A DNA stretch of 64,000 bases from Paraspadella gotoi (GCA_051294375.1 CM119271.1:11296341-11360340), one strand, 5' to 3'; counted from the first letter of the stretch, positions 13,517 to 26,445 are shown. Numbers and translations are program-made. Notes: generated by a model not told the origin, from the letters alone.

Positions 13517-14059
13517 TTAAATTTTAAAAAAAATATTTGATTATATAAGTATAAATATATTGTATTTTGCTTTTCTGTTCCCGAAACAATATTCACAAAA
13601 TACTTTTTGTATTCAATAATCATACCATCTCGCATAAAATTATTATTGTTAATTGACTCAAATCTAATTTCTGTTCTCAATTGCTCCACTCTACCCTCCA
13701 AGCTTTCCATCAAGACTTTCTAAGTCTCGTTTAGGCACTCTCAGACTACCTGGCTTTCCCATGAAAGTGCATGATATTTCAAAGAATATTCCCGAAATAA
13801 GCTACGTGAAGGAACTTGTAAATAAAATTACGAATCCCGGTTGGAATCAAATTATTAACTTGAGAAACAGGAGTGGGAATTTAAGGATTAAGATGGCGAA
13901 GAATTAATGAAAGCAGGAGGAGGAAGAGGAAGAGGAGGAGGAGGAGGAGGTGAAGAATCGATAACAAGAAGTGTGATTGGATTCCATCGCTTCTTCGCCT
14001 CTCGTGAGGAAAAAGGCACCGAAAGAATTGCAGATGGTTGAGATGGAATTAAGTATGAG

Positions 14060-14300
14060 ATGAAGACGGATGTAGATAAAGCATTTGGTTATAGATGAAA
14101 TAGCGAAGTTACAGATAGTTTAGAATGAATTAAGGAAGAGATGAAGACGGATGTAGATAAAGCATTTGGTTATAGATGAAATAGCGAAGTTACAGATAGT
14201 TTAGAATGAATTAAGGAAGAGATGAACACGGATGTAGATGGAGAATTGAGTTGTAGATAAAATAGCGGAGTTTCAGATGGTTTAGATGGAAACGAAATCT
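14060..14300 (+). repeat. 81-bp minisatellite: 2 perfect copies and 1 diverged copy
   Basis: ATGAAGACGGATGTAGAT at 14060 and 14141, ATGAACACGG at 14222. Stops occur in all six frames. Confidence 0.9.
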
Positions 14301-14632
14301 AGCTGAATATGAATAAAAATAAAGTTAAGAATGATTAACTTCTTCAAGTAGTAAAAGCTGGCTATTTTTTTTTTTCCAAAATCTCTCCATTTCTGACCCT
14401 TAAAGTCTAAACGGAATTTCCTCCTTACCTTAAACCTTAATTCCTGATCTTATACCCTATTAAAGCTTTAATACTCAACCCTAATCGCTGTCCCTAATCT
14501 TTAAGCTCATCCCTAATCTAACCTCGCCTAAAAATGAATAATTTAATAACGAAATTAGGATGATATTGGAATATAAGGCCGATAATATTTCCGCCAATTG
14601 GATTTTTTTCGAAGCGTCGGTCAAATTTTTCT

Positions 14633-14697
<65 letters not shown>

Positions 14698-14880
14698 GAG
14701 GAGACAGACAAAATACCGACAAACAGACAGAAAGAGAGACAATCGCACTTACATAACGATATTTAGAATCAGAAAGAGAAACCGAGAAACAGACATTTTA
14801 GACAGAAAAAGACAAGGAGAGAGAGAGAGAGAGAGAGAGATACACAGACAGACAAACAGATAGAGTGAAGAGAAAGACAA

Positions 14881-14937
<57 letters not shown>

Positions 14938-15053
14938 AGAGAGAGAGAGAGAGAGAACGAAAAGGCATAAAGGAAAAAAAGAAATGTTTCTCATCGTCTT
15001 TGAGTCGAAAGATGGCGTTGAGGAAAGCAACGAGCGAGAGCGAGAGCGAGAGC

Positions 15054-15128
<75 letters not shown>

Positions 15129-15204
15129 GGCGTTGAGGAAGTCAACGAGCGAGAAGGAGGCCGAGGGGAAAAAAGTGGAAAAAAGGACATAAAGGAGAAC
15201 AGAG

Positions 15205-15265
<61 letters not shown>
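14633..15265 (+). repeat. (AG)n microsatellite cluster
   Basis: Multiple long AG runs. Confidence 0.95.
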
Positions 15266-15266
<1 letters not shown>

Positions 15267-17200
15267 CGACGCCCATAATGGGTGGATGGTTAAGACAATG
15301 AGATTCTCGCAAACGAGTGGAAACGGGAAACTGCCGAGGAAACGCCATCTTCAGCAGGGGGAGGAGGGAAGGCGGAATTGGAAGGGGAGGAAGGGGGCAA
15401 AGGGGGATAGGGCAATGAAGATATATATTTGTACTTTTATTTCGTATCATTTTTTTTTAAAACATACAAGTGAAGAAACAAACATCACTTCACCGAACTA
15501 AGTTTACACTCTATTACACACCTAATATTTGATGCCCTAATGTAAGCGCCACTGGCTGCGCAATAGAGTGGAGACATCAAGAAAACAAAAATTATTTGAA
15601 TGATCGAACAATGATATTTAGATGTGAGATAGTATGATTAACTAGTACAAAAAATATTTCGTTCATATTATCTCGGGAACAGAATAGCAAAATATAAATA
15701 TATTTGTAGTAATATCCTTATAAAATAGTAAATTTTTAAAAATAATTTTTTAATAAAACTTTTAATAAAGATTCAGATTCTTCATAAAAGGTTGAATCAA
15801 AAATATAAAACATGTTTATCAAAAATTCTGTCACTTCAATATGTTTAAAAATAAGAAAAAAGGTAAAAATTCTGACTTTTTTAATTCTCTGTAGAGAAAC
15901 TTACATATGTTAAAAAAATTTTTAGTCATTTTTTTTGGATCTAAACATTAAAATATCATATAACATATTTTATAAAAGTTTCTTAGTTTTTTACCGCGAA
16001 TCCAAATCAGTTCTTAAAATAAAAAAAAATATTTTGAAATTTAACGATTTTATAAGGATTTACTACATAAATAATTGAATTTGCTAATACTGTTATGCTA
16101 AAAATTTTTTAAAAGGATTTAAAATTCATTATTTATAATGTCCATAGGCAGCAAAAAAATAATGTTCAATCACTGCTAATCTTTTCATCACTCTCCACCT
16201 ACTGCGGCAATATGGCTAACGAAGGAGAATCAAAGTACATTTACATCTAATTAATTGTTTCATAACCATTAAATAGAAGGTTTTTTCCCAACTATTTTGC
16301 AATAATATTTCGCGACAAAGACATATAATTCGGAAACTTATTGAATCTAAAGTCGAGTCCTTTGAAGTGAGAGATTCAGTTTTCCTAGCCCACTGTGGCC
16401 ACTGGTCAGCAGCCTCGAAAAGGTCGGTAAAAGTGGAAAAAAAAAAAGACCAAATCCTAGAGCGCCAGCTGTCGGGAAATGCCTCAACGGCCCTCACGCC
16501 CTGGGGGCATCACACTTGTCCCCCGTTTCCACTTTGAAAAAGTTAAGTAAACGGTTCAATATTGTTTATCCTTATCTCTCGTTATCTTTATTTCCTATTA
16601 CTTTCTATTTCGAATTCTAGTGTTCGATCAATCAATCCTATCAATGAAGCAGTGTAATATTTCAAGAATGTTTCAATTGTACTAAAGTAAAAACTACTCT
16701 TCTACCTCTCTCTTTGTTCCCATTACCCCCCCCCATTTCTTATTCACCCAATCCGTTTTACTCCTCCTCCTCCTCCTCTCCCTCCTTCCTCCCCCCCCGA
16801 GAAACGTCGGCGCAGGAATCAAGGCGCGAAATCAATATGGAGTCTTCTGTCTTTTCATTCATCGCCTCCCATTTTCTCATTTTCCCTTTTTTCCCACTTT
16901 TTCCAATTTTTTACCCTTTTTCTTCTCTTTCTCCTTCCTTCTTGCACTTTTTTTTCAATTTGCCATTTTTTTTTTTTTTTTTTTTCCCCCTTTTTTTGCT
17001 ATTTTTTGCCATTTCTACCTTTCTACCATTTTTTTATATATATTTCCCATTTTTTTCTTTGATTAATTGTTTTAATTTTTTACCCTTTTTTGCCATTTTC
17101 TGTTTTATCTCTGTTTTTTCTTTACGTTTTCCAATTTTTTCCTTTTTTCCTTTTTCTTATTTTCCTTTTCCCTTCACCTTTTTTTCCATTTTTATGGTGT

Positions 17201-17400
17201 TTTTTGTTTGCGCCGCGAGTTCTCGCGGAGCAACTCTATAAGTCACTTTTACAGTCAGTCGGTCGGTCATTCGGTCGGTATCACTGTCCGTCGGTGTCCG
17301 TCGGTCTGTCCCATTAAGGCACTCACATTAAAAATGCTCATAACTCGCCTATAGTTAGTTGCTCATTTGTTAAGAAGTGAAAAAACCTCAAATTTAAGTG
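17201..17400 (+). mobile_element. DINE-1/Helentron-associated-like non-autonomous element
   Basis: T-rich start, ...CGCGGAGCAACTCTATAAGTCACTTTT, then a (GTCG/GTCC)n tract and ATAACTCG-CTATAGTT-GTTGCTCATTTGTTAAGA. A homologous copy lies at 21985-22175 on the minus strand. Family assignment is by architecture only. Confidence 0.65.
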
Positions 17401-18311
17401 ACTGCAAGCACAAACTTGTAGGACAAACCGTAGTCATGTAGTCATGTCATGTCGCGTCATGTCACGTCATGTCATGTCACGAAAAATACATGTGATAAGG
17501 CAGTCACTGCGACGCAACACATTTGAATTACAGTTCTTGTTTTTCTATTTTTCCGTTTTACCTTTTCACTTGACCCATTTTTCCCCTTTTTTTCTATTTT
17601 TTTCAATCCGATTTGCCTTTTTTTTAGTTTTCACACGCAAATGCGCGCACGAGTTGAGTGCGAATAGCGATGTTTCCTTCATCATCCTGAACCCCTGGCT
17701 TCTTTAACGGTTCACTTTTCATTTGGACTTTCAAGGTTTAGCTTCTTTTTTTTTTTTGCTAAAAGATTGTTTGATTGAATGTCTAAATATCTAAATCCAA
17801 ATTACCGCCAATATTATGATTATCGAAAAATTATTTGATAAAAAAATATCAATAGATGACTTAAATCAAAAAATTATAATTTCATTTTATTTTAAATAGT
17901 TCTACTATTCCTTTCCCCTGCCACTGGTTTATTTATTCTCGACGCTTCATGTTTATTTTCGATTTTCGACTGTTGCTTGGCAACGCTATTTTTTTCATTC
18001 TCGCCTTAGAAGAAAGAAATGAATCCATTTATTTTTTCTCTTCCTAAATTCCGTCTTCTTTCCTCTTCTCCTCTCTCTCTCTCCTCTCTCCTCTCTCTCC
18101 TCCCTCTCTCTCTCCTCCTTCTTTTCTCCAGGCGTTATAAAATTATTTGAATTCCATGTTTTATTCACGAAAAAAAAATAAATACAATAAAAAATTTCAG
18201 CGATTCCCCAATTCTAGGAAAAGCTAACCCACTTTTTCTCTGGATTCGTGTGACAAATTTTCGAAATTTCTTGAAAGAGAGGAGAGAGAGAGAAGAGAGA
18301 GAAGAGAGAGA

Positions 18312-18358
<47 letters not shown>

Positions 18359-18448
18359 CGTAACGACTTTCGCAGCTGCGGCCAGCGACTCGAATAACCG
18401 CCGTTTTTTTACGAGGACAGTTTCGTCGTCGGCGTCAATGCAAGTCCG

Positions 18449-18540
<92 letters not shown>

Positions 18541-18977
18541 TATGTATATATCAATCCGCGTTACATTCTGCGTTCCAGTAACGAACACCTCGACGAAAAG
18601 AACAATAACAACACGTATTCATGTGATTTTTTTTTTTTACAAAGGTGGAATAGTGGTCACTGACCTGACTTGACCAGTGACCAACCATCGCTGCTGGTTC
18701 GTGGCAATTCGGGTCACTTCAGATCAAAGGTAAGTCAATTCGGTCCGCTGTATTTTTTTCTACGAAAATGACGAAAAATAAGTGACGAGGATTATGAAGA
18801 CGACGACGACGACGACGACGACGACGATCTTCTTCATCCTTCTTTCATTTTCTCCTCTCTTCTCTCCTCTCTCTTTTTTTTTTCTTTCCTCTCTTCTCTT
18901 TTTTTTTCTCACCCTCTCTTTTCTTCTTTCCTCTCTCGTCTCTACCTCGCTCCCTCTCGCGGGGTCATAAATTAAAG

Positions 18978-19549
18978 GAGGCCGACGTTGCGGGGCTAAT
19001 GACCGCAAAGAAAATTACGACAGTGAAGGCGGCGTCGAACACGACCAACCGAGACCGACCGAACACCGACCGACACCGACCGACCGACCGACCACCGACC
19101 GACCGACCCCGACCGACCGACCGACCGACGACCGACGACCGACGACCCGACCGACCGACCGACCGACCCGACCGACGACCGATCCCGCCGACCGACCGAC
19201 CGACCGACCTGACCGACCGACCGACCGACCGATCCGACCGACCGCCGACCGACGACCCGACCGACCATCCGACCGACACCGACCGACCGATCCGACCGAC
19301 CACCGACCGACCGAACCGACCGACGACCGACCGACCGACCGACCGACCTGACCGACCGACCGACCGACCGACCGACCGACCGACCGAATAAGTCAATCGC
19401 CGCGTTGGCCGAAAGAAACCCGAGGTATTTCGACTCCTGTTACTTCGGGTTACTCCCGCAGAAATAATTTGAATTCGAAAACGATAAATATTTAAAAAAA
19501 TAAATAAATAAACTCATTTTTTCAATGTTTGTTTCCACTCGCGACTACC

Positions 19550-19612
<63 letters not shown>

Positions 19613-20813
19613 AAACAAAATTCACGTCTGAAAAAATTCCAAATTTTTATTTTTACTCTGGCCGAAACGAAATCTACTCGTTAATTTCGTTTTATTCTTC
19701 TTATTTTGTTTTTAAAAATATATTTAATTAAATGATTGAATGAATTTTGAAAATTAATTAAAACGTATTTAAAACTCTTTCATAATTTTTTTTTATCCCG
19801 AAAAGAGGAGCGCCTTTACGACCAGATTGACCCCAATGACCCGAATGAACCGAATGACCTAATTGACCTTAATGACCCGAATGACCCGAATGATCCGAAT
19901 GACCGCGCTGATCTAAATGACCCGAATGACCCAAACGACCAAATTGACCCCGATGCCCCGATCAAACTTCGCCACCGTCGACGATCATCTCCATCTCCCC
20001 TTCCTCCTCCTCCTCCTCTTCATCCTCCCCAACGCCTCGTCGCTTCGATGCTTCAAGACTCCGGGGATGTCGAGTCTCTCGACGACGACGACGACGACGG
20101 ACGAAGCTCCTTCGCCGGGTCGACCGGACGAGCTACTTGGCGTCTTGAATCCTCATTGCGGAGGAGTGAGTTGTTGTCGTTGTCTTCGTCGTCGTTGTTG
20201 GAAATATTGTTGTTACGGTAGTTGTTGTGGTTGTTGTTGTTTAGGTTGTTCTTATCGTTGTTGTCTTAGTTGTTTTTGTTATCCATGGTCATTGTTGTCT
20301 TTGCACTAGAACAACCGCGCACGAAAGAATTGGTTAATGAAAAAGACTCATTAAAATCATAGCGAACATAGGTTGATACTGTTGTAGTTGTGATTGTTGT
20401 TATTGTTGTTACTGTTGTTATTGTTGAAGCTTTGTTGGTGTTGTTTACAACAATGTTTCCAACAACAACTCCTATAACTACAAGATCCACAACAATAACT
20501 GAGACAACAACAACAACAACAAAGACAACAACCACCCAACTTAACCACTTAAACAATAACTACAACAACAATAATAACTGTAATAAGCTCAAAAACTACA
20601 ATAACAACATCAACAATAACTAAAACTACAAACGCAAAATAACTACAACAACAACAATGACAACAACAACCTTCACATCATCGAAACAACGACCCCAATT
20701 AAACTAAAACAGCAACAATAACTACAACAACAACAAAAACAACGAGGACAATCCCCTTGACCTCCATTTTCTCCGCAGATCGACTCATCTCCCCTGTCGA
20801 CATCCGCTTGTGA
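18978..20813 (+). CDS. Candidate spliced low-complexity protein, 3' part: exons 18978-19424, 19806-20165, 20779-20813 (TDRP and DPN repeats)
   Basis: Exon 19806-20165 is open: EERLYDQIDPNDPNEPND...DAPIKLRHRRRSSPSPLPPPPP...RLESSLRR. It has a GTGAGT donor and joins in phase, via a CCGCAG acceptor, to NRLISPVDIRL*. The upstream exon needs one frameshift inside the noisy CCGA tract. No homology is recognised. Confidence 0.45.
19040..19388 (+). repeat. (CCGA)n microsatellite
   Basis: Direct reading. Confidence 0.95.
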
Positions 20814-20824
20814 AGTAGAGACTT

Positions 20825-20825
<1 letters not shown>

Positions 20826-20895
<70 letters not shown>
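20826..20895 (+). repeat. (GGC)n, ~23 units
   Basis: Pure trinucleotide run just 3' of the candidate stop codon. Confidence 0.95.
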
Positions 20896-21002
20896 TACGC
20901 CTGTCTGACGGCTTCCTTCTTTTCCCGCCGGAAGTTGCAAACTCTTTTCGTCGGCTGCCATCTCGTGGACGACTTTCCTCTTCGGGGAATTAGAAGTGAG
21001 AG

Positions 21003-21092
21003 ATGAATGAGTGGATTAATGAATGAATGAATGAATGAATGAATGAATGAATGAATGAATGAATGAATGAATGAATGAATGAATGAATGAAT
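21003..21092 (+). repeat. (GAAT)n microsatellite
   Basis: Direct reading. Confidence 0.95.
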
Positions 21093-21984
21093 GACAAAAT
21101 CAATGAAATAAAGTATAAGTATTCTAAGTAAAAATAAGTATTGTTCCATCGACTATCGATAGTTTCAGGTCAGGTCAGGAGTGAGGAGTGAGTCAGGTCA
21201 GGAGTGAGCACTCGTGTCTCAGTTTTGTGTACATTTTGCGGGGAACTGGCGGCGAACTGGCGGCGAATTCTTCTTCGCCGTCGCCAAAAAGTCAAAAGAT
21301 CATTCGCGCTTAGTTCTGTTTCCGAGATTCGCCTTTTTCTTTTGCTTTTGTTTGGTCACGTGATTATATTTTTAGGTAAGTTAAAAAAAATTGAGGAAAT
21401 AAATCGGAAGAAGAACGAAAGGAAAAATAATTTTTACAAATGGTTCAAAATTTTATTCTAAGATTATTATTGACTTATTACTGTTAGAGCTGTAGCTTGG
21501 ATAAAGCATCGGTTATTGTTTAGATTTTAGAAGTATGTAATATGTATTATATAAGAAAGTTCCATAATCATTTGCCATAGAAATCTGGTTATAAATCATA
21601 TTCGAAGTTTTGAATGCAATATCTATAATATCTAAATATTCATAGTTAAATTTGTTACGTAAAGTATTACTTTATATTCAAAGTATCCTATCTATGATTA
21701 AGAATGAAATTCAGTCATAAATGGATGGATCCTTGCAAAGATAGTGAGAGAATCAAAGATCACGAAATAGAAAATGAGGTATAAAAAAAAAACAGAAACA
21801 AAATAACAACACAGATTTGAAACAAGTACGGAAATTGTTGTGTTGCGTCGCATTGACTTTGTTATCCCGTGTATTTCCGTGTATTTTCGATACCGGACAC
21901 GTACTGGACACGTACCGGAGACGTACTGCATTGGAATAACGTCTTTTTTTATGGTTAATATGAGATTTTTTTTAAAAACAAAAA

Positions 21985-22175
21985 TCGGCGCTAGTAGTCG
22001 CTCAGATTTGAGGTTTTTAACTGTCTTAACAAATGAGCAACCAACTATAGACGAGTTATAAGCATCTTTGATGTAAGTATTACAGACCGACGGTCAGACA
22101 TACCGACCGACCAACGGACAGACCGAAAAGTGACTTATAGAGTTGCTCCGCGAGTACTGACGACGCAACTAAAAA
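21985..22175 (-). mobile_element. Second copy of the DINE-1/Helentron-like element (re-read at ~33833-34020 and ~37560-37755)
   Basis: Reverse complement reads TTTTTAGTTGCGTCG...CGCGGAGCAACTCTATAAGTCACTTTTCGGTCTGTCCG, matching 17201-17400 with substitutions. Confidence 0.7.
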
Positions 22176-22886
22176 TAAGATAAACACGAAGAGATGTATC
22201 AACAAAATATATACCGAAAAAAAGAATTCGACTTCCCGGGTCAGGTTTTTTCTTTCGGCCGCCAGGGTCGGTCGAGGCTACGAGTCGAGGGAAATTCGAA
22301 AGTCGTGATTGAAGTTCTTAGTTGGAGATTTAAGGAGATTGAGGGGGGGGGCGGGGGGGCGGTGTTTTGATCGAGGGGGAAGGAAGGAAAGTAAGAAATA
22401 CTTTCTTTTTTAAGAGTGGTTATTTTATTTTATTTTAGAAGAAATAAAGCTGTTTTAGATAATCTGAATTTTCAATAAACGACTTCTTAACAAGAATGAT
22501 GTCTAATATCTAATTAGAAAACTAGGGCAGAGAGCAACTTTTAACCTTGTGTTGTACAGATGCTCCCTCTATTTCCAGAAGACAACATTAACATCCCTCT
22601 CCCCATAAAATTATAGTAAAACAGGTAATCTTTCAATTTTTCATACCTAATTTTTTTACCATTCTAGTAAGCTGCACCAATTCAGGAAGGATTTGTTGAA
22701 GGAATTTCGTTGAGGAAAGATTTGGCGGAGAAAGATTAGACTGAGGGAAGATTTAAGGGAACGCATCGCTTAAGAATTTGGAGAGATTTTGTCGGGGAAA
22801 GATTTGGAGGAAAAACTAGAGTGGGTATTATTGGAATAAAGAAATATTTGACTAAATATTTATTAAGAAAAGATGAGATCTTTTTT

Positions 22887-22925
<39 letters not shown>

Positions 22926-23182
22926 ACTTCGGCTTCGAAATTTGCCGCTCGACCAACTGCACGCCGTCGGTGATTCATGCATCAACGTCGCTGACGACGA
23001 CAGATCGATTTGCGGACGAAGACAATATCAACAACAACAGCAATAAGAGCGACAGCAATGACGGAAGTGAAGACGACGACGACGACGACGACGAAGTCTC
23101 TGAGGAGATTCGTTGTTTTCTTCTTCCCAGAATAGAAGACAATCAACGAGAGAGTTCGACGGACTTGGTCAAATGCGGAATG
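22926..23182 (+). CDS. Candidate internal coding exon of an unknown acidic protein
   Basis: (CT)n-CAG acceptor at 22925 and ATG|GTAAGC donor at 23183. Open frame: FGFEICRSTNCTPSVIHAS...SEDDDDDDDEVSEEIRCFLLPRIEDNQRESSTDLVKCGM. Confidence 0.5.
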
Positions 23183-24854
23183 GTAAGCGTTGATCGTTGT
23201 CGTCTTCGTCGTTGTCGTCGTCGTCGTCGTCTTCTTGCGAAACGCGAACAAAAAAGTAAAACGTAAAACGCCAACGCATTCAGTAGCATCCGTCTAGAAT
23301 TTCTGAGACGGCAAGCTCTGTAACTCGAGTACAAATGATAATTTGATAGAGAGCTTTGGTCTTGATATCGAGTACACATATGGCTATTCCCCCATTCGGT
23401 AAGCCATTGCTCTTGGACCAATTTTGGGACATCAGAACTTATTGTAAAAAGAAGCTTCAGCCAGATTTGAACCTGAAACCTTTTCGTAACGTTGAAATCC
23501 AGCGCGCTAAGCACTCGGCCAAATGATTTTCAAAAAAAATTTGTTCAAATTAAATTATATATAGCTGTAGGAACGCTTTTAATTTTGGAGGGGAAACAAA
23601 AAATTAATTCATGTTAATTAATTAATTAATTAATTAATTACGTCCAAATCGTCTTCTGATTATCTTATTGGTCTCTGGGTCGTAATTTGACAGAGATTTC
23701 GACATCCGAGTCCCAGGTTTCCCGATTCGCGACGGAACGTGAAAGAACCCCCTCCTCGACCTAGCGGAGAGGGAGAAGACGTCGGAAGAGAAACTGGACT
23801 GAAGACCGGGACCGCTGGCGCCGTAAAGTTTTTAATAAAGTTTCTTATCCACTTGGAGTCTTGATATTTAATGGGTACCTTAATAAAATAATCAAAGCAT
23901 ATAGTGGAGGTCGGAATTTTTAGTGAAAAGAATTCGAGACCAAAGTAAAATGAACGAGAGTATAACATCGAAGGGAAAATGCGCGCGAGAATAAAATAAC
24001 AATGACTTTTATATGAACTACTTTGTTTACCAAAGTAGGTATGTGAAAAGGAATGGAATTTTAGGCCGAGAAATATTATTGACATTTTTGGAATTTACAA
24101 AATTCTTTCTCACGAACTTCACTACATAGATATTCATACAGACAATAATAATAATCAAACAATAATAGTCAAATGATTAATCAAAGAAGCAATATAATCA
24201 AATAAACAAATCCACGAAGAAACCACTAAGCGTCCACAAGGAATCCACAAACGTTTATTATTTTAGAGAAGAGTCACGATTCAACGCAGAATCTGGAATG
24301 ACCGCAAAAAGAGAGAAAGAGACGAACGTTGATATCTCTTATATAAAAGAGCATCTGAGTTACGGTCGTCTGGACTTTACAAACGTCGCGACGACGACGA
24401 TTAATACGAAGAATAAATATATAAATAAATAAATAAATCGAATATCTGGCTTATTTTTAACGTTTGAAATTGAGGAAAAGTCAGAGGCAGTTGCCTCGTG
24501 GTTAAGCCGCGACCTCAAACGTTTTCACGTTGCTTTTAAGGTGTTTTATTAATTGTTTTTAACCTGTTGTTAATTGTGAAAGAACTGAAACCGAAAAACG
24601 CTGATTAAAATAGAAATTGCTATAAAAGCAATCGGACGAATGCACATTTAAAAGACGAAAGGCAAACGCAAAAATGAGAAGGTTAATGTACAAAGAAAAA
24701 AGGCACATGCGAATCATGCATAAACTCAAATCGCAACTGGGTGCAAATTTGTGCAAATTTGTGCAAACGTGTGCAAATTGTGTATATTCTAGCTAAGCGA
24801 CGTACCAACCAAAGACTCGATGAGAAGGAGAGAAACAGAGGCGACTTACCACCG

Positions 24855-24893
<39 letters not shown>

Positions 24894-25029
24894 CTCAGTA
24901 AGAAAGTTTCTCTCATCCTGGGACCTGACAAGCGTATTCCAACCACTGATTCCAGGCCCCGGGACTGGTTGAATATTACTCCCCCCCTTTCGCTGGAAGC
25001 AGTGCAGGGTGGGTTACAATGTGGGCGGC

Positions 25030-25162
25030 ATATAGTCGAGCATAGCATAAGTTCACCTCGCCTATAAGCACAACACCTTCTGTCTTGACCCGGTGGCTCA
25101 TTGAGTATAAAGCCATCATCTCATGTCCACTAGATACCGGGCTCAATCCCAACCCGCTACCT
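25030..25162 (+). mobile_element. tRNA-derived interspersed repeat (SINE-like), copy 1
   Basis: GACCCGGTGGCTCATTGAG (A-box-like) and GGGCTCAATCCC (B-box-like). Homologous to 26311-26440 on the minus strand. The cloverleaf is imperfect, so it is not called a tRNA. Confidence 0.65.
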
Positions 25163-25502
25163 AACCTGCGGCAAGCGTGAGAACGGCCGTGAACTGCCTT
25201 TCGTCGTTATTGTTTCCTTTTCACTCATCGATTTCAAAAAAGTGATTATTGGTTTCGCGTGAATCGTGAATCGTCACTCTCCTCTTTTTTCATCTCCTCA
25301 CTCTTTTTTTTTGGGGGGGGGGAGTTTGTGGAGGGAGACGCCTCATCGGAAAATCGAAGCCGACTGGTGATTCATCACCGTTTTTGTGAGAGGTGTGAGT
25401 GATTGATTATTTCGGCGAAACGCCCTCATCCCCGACTAATTCTTTCTCTGTATGTCCACGATTTTTTCCTTTCTTTCTTACTCCGAGGCTTTGTCACATT
25501 CT

Positions 25503-25581
<79 letters not shown>

Positions 25582-25959
25582 CCCTCCCTCCTCTTTCACT
25601 CCATCCCTTCCCCGACTCTTCTCTCCTGCTATCCCCCGCGTTTCTCCACTTCAGCCTCGTTCTCGCGTTTTGTAATTAACGATCCATAGAAAGATGACGC
25701 CGACAAAAGAACCGCGGTTTAAAAAAAAAAACAAAAAAAAAACCGTCCAATCTTCGTTTTAAAGTTTTTTTTTTTTTGGTTTGAAAAGAAAACAATTTTT
25801 TTCACTGAATTGTTAAGTACGAGAGAAACGAAGAGAACTTTTTAATTAAATTGTACAATTAGCTTTCCGCTTTAAAAAAAAAATGGCTAATTGTATTTTA
25901 CGAAGAACTGCCTTTCCGAACGCACAGTGTCCTTTGCATCACTTAGGTAGTCAAATTCA

Positions 25960-26070
25960 ATATTTGTAGTCGCGCCACTAGTAATCGGTCGGTCGGTCGT
26001 TCTGTCCGTCCGTGGAACACACTTACGATTCAAATCCTGAAACTTTGGTTATCTGTAGGTTTCATACTTT
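25960..26070 (+). mobile_element. Another DINE-like element head (different subfamily)
   Basis: TTTGTAGTCGCGCCACTAG followed by a CGGTCGGTCGGTC...GTCCGTCCG microsatellite. Confidence 0.4.
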
Positions 26071-26149
26071 TGTATTGTGTAGTCACGTCATCAAAGAGTC
26101 CATGTGAGAATAGGAATAAGTTCACACTGTGAACAAATGAAAATATTGC

Positions 26150-26445
26150 ATTAACTTGTGGATAAGTCGCTCAGTGGGCTGAGGACTACACTCCGTAACT
26201 TCTGTGTCCCCTCGGCAGCAACGGAACGGGTCCTGGGCTTGGAACCAGGCTTGAGGGTTTTCCACGCCCCCAAGACAGTTTACTGCCGTCTTCACGCGTC
26301 CCCCAGGGTAGGTACCGGGTTGGGATTGAACCCCGTAGCTAGTGTTCATTAGCTGATGGCTGTTACTCAATGAGCCACCGGGTCACGACAGAAGGAGTCA
26401 TGCTTATAGGCGGGGTGACCTTACGCAATGCCAGACTACAAACTT
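26150..26445 (-). mobile_element. tRNA-derived interspersed repeat, copy 2 (with 3' body)
   Basis: Minus strand reads GACCCGGTGGCTCATTGAGTAACAGCC...GGGGTTCAATCCCAACCCGGTACC, with a clear GGTTCAATCC B-box. Confidence 0.65.

Larger units (their letters stand above)
13190..16010. mobile_element. Diverged long inverted repeats (~13190-13615 and ~15640-16010), probable non-autonomous DNA transposon remnants
   Basis: AACTTTTATAAAATATGCTATATGATATTTTAATGTT (~13217) vs AACATTAAAATATCATATAACATATTTTATAAAAGTT (~15944). TTTTGCTTTTCTGTTCCCGA (~13565) vs TCGGGAACAGAATAGCAAAA (~15673). Differences are substitutions, so this looks like real divergence. No transposase is seen. Confidence 0.55.

Noticed and set aside
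14060-14300. 81-bp (27-codon) repeat as a coding repeat
   Set aside because: Stop codons in all six frames.
25087-25161. Functional tRNA gene
   Set aside because: Acceptor and anticodon stems are poorly paired, and the module is embedded in a larger repeated element.
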